Assembly: GCF_006345805.1 (NCBI RefSeq)
Contig: NW_021836970.1
Span: forward strand, 1 to 22,381
Direction of reading: 5' to 3'
Length of the DNA stretch: 22,381 nt
From: Octopus sinensis
Taxonomy: Eukaryota
Below, piece after piece: positions 9,290-19,499 of the stretch. Within the stretch, counting starts at the first letter, position 1, and every line of letters starts with the position of its first letter. Position numbers and translations under genes: made by a program. The notes under the pieces are model-generated. The model saw only the letters and a program-made list of their open reading frames with translations, was not told the origin of the DNA and did not search any database.

Positions 9290-9962
9290 CTGCTACACTA
9301 ATTTCTACCTTAAACTTAGAAGATCGTACGGAAACCCTCCAGCTTAGGGACCCCCATTTTACATTTAAAGACCACACACCAGACTTCTTGCTTAAACCTG
9401 CAATTAGATTCATCTGCCCCTCTAAATATGACCTAGGTAGGATAAGGCCATGTTAGATAGAATAATCCCCATTGTTAAACAACGAAGCCACCTAATCCTA
9501 TGGGATAACTCTGACAATTATCACTTAGATCAGTAAACTAAGTAACAAAATAGAAAATATTTCCTTCCTCCTGTTTGACGTAGATAACTATTATTCCTCT
9601 ATTTCTCCTATCCTACTCAATAAGGTGCTTTTCTTCGCAGGTAAATTCGTCAAAATCTCTTACAGTGGTATTAGTAATTATTCTCACAGTTAGATGAAAT
9701 CTTATCAGTTTCCAATGTGAATTATAGTCCCACGCTGCTCTGCCTGGAACAACAAATTCGATTTCTCTATGAGCTCATCCGACTATGCACAAGTTACAGA
9801 TCTCGTAAATTTGTACTTTCTACACGAACTTCATAAGTTCTTTCCCATATATTGGAGGAGGTTTGCATCGACACGACGATCTCCTTACTGTGGATAATCA
9901 TTCCTCCTCGTCCCTCGAAAGACTAAGAAGGAAACTACACAAAGTTTTCCAAAATCTTAACC
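9290..9962 (+). pseudogene. Degenerate Penelope-like reverse transcriptase fragment (YRDD-type)
   Basis: Across frameshifts: FTFKDHTPDFLLKPAIRFICPSKYDLGRI; MLDRIIPIVKQRSHLILWDNSD; SFLLFDVDNYYSSISPILLNKVLFFA (first RT Asp motif, 9574-); KFDFSMSSSDYAQVTDLVNLYFL; GGLHRHDDLLTV...LERLRRKLHKVFQNL (decayed GLYRDD, ~9857-9960). Confidence 0.8.
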
Positions 9963-10519
9963 TATCTCATTTCAAGAGGACATAAATCCATAGTTCCGAA
10001 ATCTTCTGACACTGCATAATTGCGTGCAGAACATTTCACACACACACACACACACACACTCACACATACATAATGCTCTCTCTCTCTGTCGCTCGTTCTC
10101 TTTCTGCTCATACATTCGTACAAACACGTTTCAAATGTGATCGTTTTTGATATAATCAGAACATAACAGCTTCCAATTGAAAGCGAACAGTCTATTATTT
10201 TAGGAAGCAACCGGTATTAACAACATAATATCTTACAAATCAACAATTATCCGCTGACAATAATGTCTACGTGAAGAGTCAGTCATTTTTCATTCTTTCT
10301 GTTAAACTTTCGAAATTTAAACATTCGGAAATTTTAAACGGAAGACGACAATCGTAACAGACGACATCTGGAAGCCATTATTACAACACAGCTCTGTGTG
10401 TGTCTAACAAATAATGACTCCCTCTTTTCTCTTCTCACTCATTCTCACTTAGTTTTTCTCCCCTCTCTCTCTGAATGTCATTCAATTTGGGGTATCAGAA
10501 CAAGAGCTCGTGTCAAGGC

Positions 10520-11060
<541 letters not shown>

Positions 11061-11818
11061 GTTTCAGCCGGACCCTGTCATAATGTCCATCAACTCCGTA
11101 TCGGCGGCGATAGGGACGCTGACGACAACAACGACGACGACGACGACGAAAATAGCCAATGTTTTGTAACTGGTGTATTATTATACGCCTCATTTAAAAT
11201 ATAAATTGATCTCACGCATAGGTGAAGAAAATGGCCACAAGGAGAGAGAAGAGAGAGAAAGAGAGGAGAAGGGAGAAGGTCGCCGACGTTGATATGATAT
11301 GTATGTATGTTTAGATGTGATGTATGACAAAGTAGCTATGGGCTCCACATAGGCACAGAGGGAAGAAATATAGACAGAAGAGCTCTGGGAAAACGTGAGA
11401 GAAAGAGGGAATGTATGTATTAGTGTATCAGACAGAGAGAGGGAAAGAGGAGCAGAGGGAGGGAAAGAGAGACAGAGAAATGCAGACAGACGGACGCAGA
11501 GGGTGTGAGGGATTATAAAGTAATTTCTTTTTGGAAAGAAAAAAAAAAGAGGAGAATATAGGGAGAGTCGTGTGAATGTGAGAAAGACGGGGAGGAAAGA
11601 GAAAGAGAAGGGGAAAAGAAAAAGTAAGAGAGAGAAAGGAGGGGTGTGTGAGAGAGTATATAAAGTGATTGATGTTTATCTACCGTCTGAGGTGGTGTAA
11701 TTTCCCGAGTGTCATGGCTTTTGATATGTCAACTGAATTAATATAACATATGTACGCATGCGTCAGTTAACAAGAGTTTCTATCATGGATTCTTTGTATA
11801 CATAGCGTACAGCCGTGC

Positions 11819-11819
<1 letters not shown>

Positions 11820-11881
<62 letters not shown>

Positions 11882-12030
11882 CACAACACACACACACACA
11901 AAACATACATAAATATATGTATATATATATGTACACACACACACACAAGCATATATGTGCATACATACATACATACCATACCTACATACATACATACATA
12001 CATATATCTCTATCTATCTATCTATCTATT
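11820..12030. repeat. (TATC)n, (CA)n, (TACA)n
   Basis: Directly visible. Confidence 0.9.
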
Positions 12031-12042
12031 TATGATAGATCG

Positions 12043-12244
12043 TTAGCTCCTACACGCATTTTTTTCTCTCCTTGTTTCTCTCCTTGTTTTTTCTGTGTAT
12101 CTTTCTGTCGAAGAGCGTAGGCTCGAAACGTAAAGGACTTTTTCTATTTCTATTCCTGAGCGCTATACTAATACATTTGTTTGTTTGTACTCCACCTGCC
12201 TTCGTCTTTTGTTTATTTTCGTAAACTTTCCCTTTATATATATA
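12043..12244 (+). mobile_element. Hammerhead-bearing repeat unit (PLE pseudo-LTR-like), copy 1 of tandem
   Basis: Near-identical inverted copy of 1265-1455; homologous to 12270-12440. Confidence 0.8.
12100..12137 (+). ncRNA. Minimal type-I hammerhead ribozyme motif, A6U core variant
   Basis: TCTTT-CTGTCGA-A-GAGC-GTAG-GCTC-GAA-ACGT-A-AAGGA: stem I 5 bp (one G-U), stem II 4 bp, palindromic ACGT stem III; predicted cleavage after GUA at 12132. Confidence 0.72.
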
Positions 12245-12269
12245 TGTCATTTCAACATATGGAACCATT

Positions 12270-12440
12270 AAACCCAACACATCTTTTTTCTCTTTCTATT
12301 TTTTGCCCTCTCATTCCTTTCTGCTGAAGAGCGTACGTTCGAAATGTGAAACACTTTCCCATTTCTCTCGAGCGTCAAACTAATACACCTACTTGCAGTT
12401 CTCTCACCTGTCTTCGTCTTTTGTTTTCTGTACAAAAGAA
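12270..12440 (+). mobile_element. Diverged hammerhead-bearing repeat unit, copy 2 of tandem (216-bp offset)
   Basis: GAGCGTCAAACTAATACA...CACCTGTCTTCGTCTTTTGTTT aligns with GAGCGCTATACTAATACA...CACCTGCCTTCGTCTTTTGTTT of copy 1. Confidence 0.75.
12316..12351 (+). ncRNA. Degenerate hammerhead motif, A6C variant, probably inactive as a substrate
   Basis: TTT-CTGCTGA-A-GAGC-GTAC-GTTC-GAA-ATGT-G-AAA; stem II kept with one G-U pair, cleavage triplet GUG is not NUH. Confidence 0.5.
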
Positions 12441-12474
12441 CGTTAATACTCATGAGAGATATTAATGTTAGCGA

Positions 12475-12800
12475 AAGCGCATGGCTCAGTGGTTAGAGCG
12501 CTAAGCTTACGATCGTGAGGTTGTGAGTTCGAATCCCGGACTGGGCTGCGTGTTGTGTTCTTGAGCAAGACACTTTATTTCAAGTTGCTCCAGTTCACTC
12601 AGTTGTAGAAAGAGTTGCGACGGCCTTTGCTTTTCCCTTGGATAACACTGATGGCGTGGCGTGGAGAGGGGAGGCCGGTATGCATGGGCGACTGCTGGTC
12701 TTCCATAAGATATTTTCCATAAGTCCTTGCCCGGACTTGTGCCTGGGAGGGTAACTTTCTAGGTGCAATCCCATGGTCAGTCATGACCGAAGGGGGTCTC
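12475..12800 (+). mobile_element. tRNA-derived SINE family C with CORE-like domain, full length
   Basis: A-box TGGCTCAGTGG (12482-12492), B-box GTTCGAATCCC (12527-12537), TGTGTTCTTGAGCAAGACACTTT...TTGCTCCAGTTCACTCAG central domain (12553-12616) shared with 20821-20889. Confidence 0.85.
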
Positions 12801-12805
12801 ATACA

Positions 12806-12939
12806 GCACTCCGTCGGTTATGACGACGAGGGTTCCAGTTGATCCAATCAATAGAACAGCCTGCTCGTGAAATTAGCGTGTAAGTGGTTGAGCACTCCAC
12901 AGACATGTGTAGCTTGGGAGATTCAGCGTGATACAGAGT
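12806..12939 (-). mobile_element. 3' fragment of a SINE body (same tail type as the 20749-21023 copy)
   Basis: Reverse complement contains TGTCTGTGGAGTGCTCAACCACTTACAC, matching TGTCTATGGAGTGCTTAACCACTTGCAC at ~20996-21023; sits at the point where the PLE ORF is truncated. Confidence 0.7.
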
Positions 12940-14722
12940 CTCTTAGTGTTTGTATATGAATTATTTTTGCACGTTTTATCCTATCATCTACAAGCGTAGT
13001 TGGGCAGTGTCTTTTGACGAGTATGTTTTTAAGTTCTTGTAGTCTGAGTTCTCTATTGTATTTTTTTTCGACACTATAGTGCATATTCTTCTCGCTAGAT
13101 TGAATGGGATATTTATTTTAATGTCTCGAGTGGCATGAGCTAAATATTAAGTATTGTTTCGAATCTGTAGTTTTGTAAAATATGTCGGTTTCTGTTTTTT
13201 AAATTTACTTTTTTGGTTAGTATATCTAAAAAAGGGAGTTCCTTTTTTTTGTTGCGTTCCATTGTGAATTATATATTTGTATTTATGCTATTGAGAAATC
13301 TTTTGAATTCCAAAAGTTTCTCCATCTTCTCATTTCATAGAATGAAATAGTCATCCAAATATCTTTTCCAATTTTCCTTAATGTATTGGGAAAGAAAATT
13401 GCCGAACTTTGTGAGTGACTCCTGACATACTGTTAGTTCCAAATAGCCCATTGTCAGGTTTGCAAGAACGGGGGCTGCCGTGGTTCCCATCGCAAATCCA
13501 TATTTCCGTCGGTATTCAGTGGTGTCCAACATGAAGTGATTTTCTTTGAGAATAAATTTTAATGATTCAATCATGAACTCTTTGCTAATATTAGGTTGTC
13601 CCAAAGGTTCGAAAACACTTGCGAAAATTGAATTTTTACTCGCCAAGTACTAACAAAAACAACAAAAATTATTCCTCAAAATAAAGACCATTATTTTCCA
13701 AGACTTTCTACGAACTTTTGGGACAACCTTATACGTTCCGGCATTTCTTCTTGATATTTTCCCACCTAGAACTGATTTTCTTCTTGCTCATCATTATGGG
13801 AGATATTAGTATACGGGTTTACAACATCAAAGGAGACCATAAGTATTTTTTCCTTTACTATTTTTGGTAGGTGGTTCAACATGTCCAAACCACCTCTAAC
13901 GTAACCTTTAATATATTTCAAGAGGGTGTCAATGAAATAACTCAGTCGGTGCGCTTCACAGGACGATCCAGCTATAATAGGTCTTAGTTCAACGTCTCCT
14001 GGTGTTGGTATATGTATGTATGACTTCGGTGATTTTTTAATTGCTTCATTTACAATATGGCTTTTATGAATTTTCGGTAAGTCATAGAAGAGGCTGGGTT
14101 TACATTTAAAGTTAGTTACGCAGTCGATTTCTTTTTCATTAGGCCTTTTCCGTGTAGTTGAACTAATGTCGAGAGGCTTTTCATTATTGATTGGGGATTG
14201 TAGTCTTCGATAATTTCGTAGTAATCTTCATTATTCAGCATGGCCACTACTAGGTTTTTGTAGTAGTCCGAGTTCATCACTACTACCGCACTCTCTTTAT
14301 CGGTTTCTTGAATAAAAAGACCTTTACAATAGCCCAGAAAGGAGCAAACAATTAAATTATGATAGAAAAGAAATTAGCCGAACGCCTGACCGATCAAAAA
14401 CAAAAAAAAATATAATATAAATCCATTTCAGCGTTAATTCAATTAACTCTTTCCATTGGGCAGTGCTGAATTTAAAGTTAATTTTTTGTTTGTGCAGGGT
14501 GTGGTAAGAGAAGTTTTAACATCGTTTCACAACTCGTGGAGTGTTTTATGTCTATCTTTGTGTGGGATGTGGTTGCTTTTGTTTTTAACTAGTGAATCAT
14601 CTTCGATATTAGAATTAACTAGTGCCTCTGTAAGTCTTAGTTTTCTGCAGAAATCCGTTATACTAACTTTAATTTCATTTTAGTTGGGGTGAATTTTAGA
14701 CCTTTTGAGTGTATATTGATCT
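12940..14722 (-). pseudogene. Penelope-like element ORF remnant (N-terminal region, RT, thumb; GIY-YIG not present)
   Basis: SKGLKFTPT / DFCRKLRLTE (N-terminus, ~14620-14710); FIQETDKESAVVVMNSDYY; SLFYDLPKIHKS; ELRPIIAGSSCEAHRLSYFID; VSFDVVNPYTNI; YGFAMGTTAAPVLANLTMGYLE; WKRYLDD (~13350); ELPFLDI; TDIFYKTTDSKQYL; INIPFNLARRICTIVS. Multiple frameshifts and stops. Confidence 0.92.
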
Positions 14723-14723
14723 T

Positions 14724-14725
<2 letters not shown>

Positions 14726-14773
<48 letters not shown>

Positions 14774-15050
14774 TATATATAATGTACATATGTATATATA
14801 TATATGTACATATATATATATGTACATATGTAATATATATATATATATAATATATATATAATATATATATATATATGTACATATATATATATGTACATAT
14901 GTATATATATATATATATGTACATATATATATATGTACATATGTATATATATATGTAATATATATATATACATATGTATATCAATGTATATATATATATA
15001 TATATAATAATATATATTATATAATATATATAATATATATATATATATAT
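14726..15050. repeat. (TA)n with TGTACA interruptions
   Basis: Directly visible. Confidence 0.95.
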
Positions 15051-15349
15051 AACTTATAAATAAGAGCTAAAGAAAATTATTTCAATGCCAATATGCTGAT
15101 AACAGACTTTTAAATCGTCAATTTCCACATATTATTTATTCACTACAGAAAAAAACACCGAAATCGGGGAAAGCCGGCCGATAGAATTTTTTTTTTAAGT
15201 TCGTTATTTCTATATTGAATCAATTTCGGAATTAATCTCATAATAGATTCTTTCCTCTTCAGTAGAACATACGAAAGGATATAAATAAGATATAAATAAG
15301 ATATATATGTCCCAAACCCAGGAGTTGTACAATATACAAGATCACCACT

Positions 15350-15865
15350 TTGCATATATACATATATACTCACATAAACACACTCCAAACAAACACGTAC
15401 ACAGGCATAAACACACAAACACACATACATATATGTAATGAAAGGATAATAGCGCTACTAGGTACTGCATACTCTACAAAGAGTCCATCCACACATACAT
15501 TTATATATGAATACATACATGCACTCACCTCTATATTACATATAAATACACATCACAAACACACATACGTACACACACACACACACACACATACACACTC
15601 GAACACACATACATACACACCGGAAAATAAGGACTACTAGGCAATTGTACACTTACTTGATATTGAATATTCTACAACTTGCATACACACATACACAAAC
15701 ACACAAATGCATATATATACAATAAGAAAATTGGACCATCAATTCCTGCATACACAGACGCGCGCACGCACACACACACAACACACACACACACACACAC
15801 CACACACACACACACACACACAGACACACACACACACAACACACACACACACACACAAGCACACG
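15350..15865. repeat. (CA)n-rich tracts
   Basis: Directly visible. Confidence 0.85.
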
Positions 15866-16003
15866 TTGCATAAATTACTTCAATAAAACAGAAAATAGGA
15901 AAGTAAAAACAAAACTCTGCACATACCCCCGGTCCACAGAGAGATGTGTTCCGTTGTGCAGTGAAAGCATGTTATAAAAAACAAGACTCCCGAATAGAAT
16001 ACT

Positions 16004-16165
16004 TAATAATAATAAATAATAATATAATATAATAATAATAATAATGAATAATAATTAATGATAATAATAATAATAATAATATAATAAAATAATGATAATA
16101 ATAATAATATAATATAAATAATACTAATGAATATAATAATAATAATAATGATAATAATAATAATA

Positions 16166-16200
<35 letters not shown>

Positions 16201-16313
16201 TAATAATAATAATATAATATAATAATAAGGATAATAATAATGATGAATGATAATAATACTAATAATAATAATAATGATATAATAATAATAATATGATAAT
16301 AATAATAATAATA

Positions 16314-16358
<45 letters not shown>

Positions 16359-16570
16359 TAATATAATAATAATATGAATAAATAATAATAATAATAATAA
16401 TGATAATAATAAATAATAATAATAATAATATAATATAATAATAATAATAATAATGATATAATAATGATAATAATATGATATAATAAGATATAATAATGAT
16501 AATAATAATAATATAATAATAATAATAATAATATAATAATGATAATAATAATAAAATAGTAATAATAATA

Positions 16571-16608
<38 letters not shown>
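16004..16608. repeat. ~605-bp imperfect (AAT)n array
   Basis: Directly visible, with GAT/AATAT interruptions; abuts the 3' end of a minus-strand SINE. Confidence 0.97.
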
Positions 16609-16726
16609 CCCATCTACTATAGGCACAAAGACTGATATTTGAGGGGAGGGGCTAGTAAATTACATCGAACCCGGTGTCCATCTGGTACTTCTTTATAGAC
16701 TGGAAGGATGACCTCGGTGGAATTTG
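16609..16726 (-). mobile_element. SINE family A 3' fragment
   Basis: Reverse complement CAAATTCCACCGAGGTC...AAGTACCAG...GGTTCGATGTAATTTACTAGCCCCTCCCC...TTTGTGCCTATAGTAG matches 1-150; short internal deletion. Confidence 0.75.
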
Positions 16727-16856
16727 CCACAATCATCCATCTTTTCACAAACACACTGGGAGGTAGCACACCACTTTCCACCCTCACTTTTCTTTCCCAA
16801 TGAAACTTAAAAAAGTCGATGCGGGGTTTGTCCGAAGAGGAAGGTGTCCTTTCTCA

Positions 16857-17302
16857 ATCTGGGATTTTAACATGCAGTGCGACCAAGTCATAGAGGAGAG
16901 ACGACCGGATATCATGCTCGTCCATAAAGATGAAAAAGATATACAGATAATAGATGTCGCAATACTAATCGATTCGTGGGTGAAATGTAAGGAAACAGAA
17001 AAGATTGAGAAATACCAGCCACTGCGGGACGAGATAGGAAAGTTATGGCACATGAGGAAAGAAATGGTGATACCAGTGGTAACTGGTGCATTAGGAGCAA
17101 TTTCCAAGGACCTTGAAAAACATATTAAGAATATTGGATCTGCTGTCAGGCTCGAGGTGATCCAGAAGACAGCATTGTTGGGTACAGCTCGTATTCTCTT
17201 TGAGTCACAGGAAAAGGCACTACTTGAAACCTTTGATGATTTGTTGTTGCCTGCTTTCAAGTAAAGAAAAACCGGTGATTAAGAGCTATCCGAGAGGTTT
17301 TC
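16857..17302 (+). pseudogene. 3' end of an R4/Dong-clade-like non-LTR retrotransposon (restriction-like endonuclease domain and 3' UTR)
   Basis: IWDFNMQCDQVIEERRPDIMLVHKDEKDIQIIDVAI...KETEKIEKYQPLRDEIGKLW...VIPVVTGALGAI...QKTALLGTARIL, an R-P-D...D...K REL motif; followed directly by (TAA)n at 17303-17350. Confidence 0.82.
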
Positions 17303-17349
17303 ATAATAATAATAATAATAATAATAATATAATAATAATAATAATAATT

Positions 17350-17500
17350 AATTCTTTTATTGGCCACAAGGGCTGACAAAAATTAATTATAACATAAAGG
17401 GACAAAACAGGACGAAAGGTTACAAAGGGTTTTGTCCGTTTGTAAAAAACCGCGTAAAAACAGTGTAACAACGAAACATTACAACAACGAAAAACTCCCA
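17350..17500 (-). mobile_element. Retroposon 3'-end fragment
   Basis: Reverse complement ends AGCCCTTGTGGCCAATAAAAGAAT plus (ATT)n; resembles the tail AGCCCCTTGTGGGTAGTAAAGAAAT of the SINE at 19163-19383. Confidence 0.5.
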
Positions 17501-17508
17501 ATAATAAT

Positions 17509-17539
<31 letters not shown>

Positions 17540-17558
17540 CATAATAATAATAATAATA

Positions 17559-17914
17559 AATGCCCTGATGCAGTACCAGGCAGTGACTCTCATGGCTTCT
17601 GATCTTAACTGATTGGAAGTGTTATCATGTACATTGTTTTGTCTTGGTATAAAAGATGGGCTACAGCAAATATTCTGCTCAATACCACAGATTTGCTTGA
17701 CAGTTGTTTGACCTTAACCGGTTGAGCATGTCCCTTAGTGGCTGACGATATGTGCATCTCTGATCACGAGCAGAAGTAGTGGGGGAGCATCATAGCCATG
17801 TGTTGAGAGGGATTCTTTGGAGTTTGGATAATTCACCTTTGGAAACATGGGTGTTTCGTTCAACATCCTTAAACAATCCTTATTCAGGGACCATTTGATC
17901 GGGATGGGCTACTC
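17559..17914 (-). mobile_element. Interspersed-repeat body with (ATT)n tail (LINE 3' UTR or SINE body)
   Basis: High-complexity block ending GCATCAGGGCATTT-(ATT)n on the minus strand; recalled as a common octopus repeat, and no second copy lies in the window. Confidence 0.5.
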
Positions 17915-18005
17915 AGGCGAAGTTGAACTCGGAGGAATTTGAACTCAGAATGTAAAGACAGGCGAAATGCCCGACCAGCTAACGGTTGTGCCAAGTCACC
18001 GTCTT
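17915..18005 (-). mobile_element. SINE family A 5' head
   Basis: Reverse complement AAGACGGTGACTTGGCACAACCG...CATTCTGAGTTCAAATTCCTCCGAGTTCAACTTCGCCT matches the family A head up to GACTTTGCCT. Confidence 0.7.
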
Positions 18006-18014
18006 AACAGTAAC

Positions 18015-18446
18015 AATTACAGTAACACTAATGATGATGATAGTGGTGATGATGATGACGACGACGATGATGACGATAATGGTTGATGATAATGATAGTG
18101 GCAATGATGATGGTAGCTTTAAAATTACTCTTAAAATAAAAATTGTTACAAATAAGAAGAAGTAAAAGACAACACATTTGTTCCTCATATTCCTTCTTAG
18201 CATGCATTTCTGTGATGCGCCCTCTGGTGGCCAATAAAATGTCCATATTTATTTTTTATTTTTACACAGTTTTTCTTATTATTATGTCGTTTATAGATTG
18301 TTTTCGTATCGTTTTTAGATAGATTTTTACGTCCATTTTAGCATTTTAAATATTCTTTTGACTGTTAAAAATATTTCGAAATCCTACAGATTGTTTTTAA
18401 TTTTTCAGCAAGAATTTAGAAGTCACAACACACACAAATATATATG

Positions 18447-18481
<35 letters not shown>

Positions 18482-18618
18482 TGTATATATATATATATTA
18501 TATATACGTATATACATGCACACATATGTATGTATGCATGTATGCATGCATATATGTATGTATGTATGTTGTATGTATGTATGTATGTATGTTGTATGTA
18601 TGTATGCGTGTATATATG

Positions 18619-18676
<58 letters not shown>

Positions 18677-18680
18677 ATAT
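18015..18680. repeat. (GAT)n ~18030-18115 and (TA)/(TATG)n ~18440-18680
   Basis: Directly visible. Confidence 0.88.
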
Positions 18681-19162
18681 AGTTAAAGAGTACACAGTAA
18701 GAGAACTGGAAAGGAGTTGCAGCTGGTACTCACATTAAAATTTCTCCTGAGTATTGTCTATCTATAACTTATTTCCATTCTTAGTAAAAGCAATATTTTT
18801 AAAGTAAAATATCTTTTCTATGTTCAACCCTAGAGAAATCGTAAAAATGTTATTTTTTTAAGAAAAAGGACAACAAAACAAAGCATTTATTTAATTAAAT
18901 CGTTCCAGAGAGACCATCCCACGTGAACAACGTGTCAACGAGGGAACTTCAATGTGGTTACTTGATTTGCTAAAAATAACAAAGCTCTTTACCCTCATTA
19001 TTGTCTTAAAATCGGAAGGACATGTAGGACAATATAGGCCTTAATATACGCAAAGCTGGGATCATCATCGCTGGAATATCTTTAAGCATAGGTCTGAGGT
19101 TGACCTGGTTTTTGGATATAGGTACAAGCTTGCAAAATGGGATTTGAACTGCGAATGTAAAT

Positions 19163-19383
19163 GCCGAGCTGGCAGAATCGTTAGCACGCCGGGCGAAATG
19201 CGTAGCCGTATTTCGTCTGACGTTACGTTCTGAGTTCAAATTCCACCGAGGTCGACTTTGCCTTTCATCCTTTCGGGGTCGATTAAATAAGTACCAGTTA
19301 CGCACTGGGGTCGATATAATCCGTTTGTCTGTCCTTTGTTTGCCCCCTCTGTGTTTAGCCCCTTGTGGGTAGTAAAGAAATAG
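19163..19383 (+). mobile_element. tRNA-derived SINE family A, full length, alternative 3' tail
   Basis: A-box-like TGGCAGAATCG (19170-19180), B-box GTTCAAATTCC (19234-19244), family A body, tail TGTTTAGCCCCTTGTGGGTAGTAAAGAAATAG. Confidence 0.88.
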
Positions 19384-19499
19384 AACGTAAATGAGTCGGG
19401 ACCATTATTACCACAAGGTATTTCCGACGCGCTAGTTCATTCCACCACGATTCTATAACAATTGTTTTAAACAATTATGACGCCAGGTTAGCAGTTTTA

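Noticed and set aside
11062-11200. Candidate exon after (CA)n (TTTCAG acceptor, GC-rich)
   Set aside because: No recognisable peptide in any frame, and the core is a (GAC)n repeat.
12475-12545. Possible functional tRNA gene (perfect A and B boxes)
   Set aside because: The anticodon and acceptor stems do not pair, there is no T-run terminator, and it continues into a SINE body; the same holds for 1588-1660, 4539-4610 and 6121-6193.
14325-14430. ~105-bp interruption in the PLE ORF as a retained intron (PLEs can keep introns)
   Set aside because: A pyrimidine-rich AG end is present on the minus strand, but I found no GT donor that restores the frame; treated as an unexplained insertion.
16800-16856. 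N-terminal part of the 154-aa ORF as a standalone gene
   Set aside because: Homology to the REL domain starts only at ~16857; the upstream ATG is a chance in-frame extension of a 5'-truncated LINE.
18730-19150. Splice-like sites (GTGAGT donor on - near 18730; AG/GT pair on + at ~19036-19121)
   Set aside because: The minus-strand candidate has stops in all frames; the plus-strand one gives a short unrecognised peptide, at chance level.
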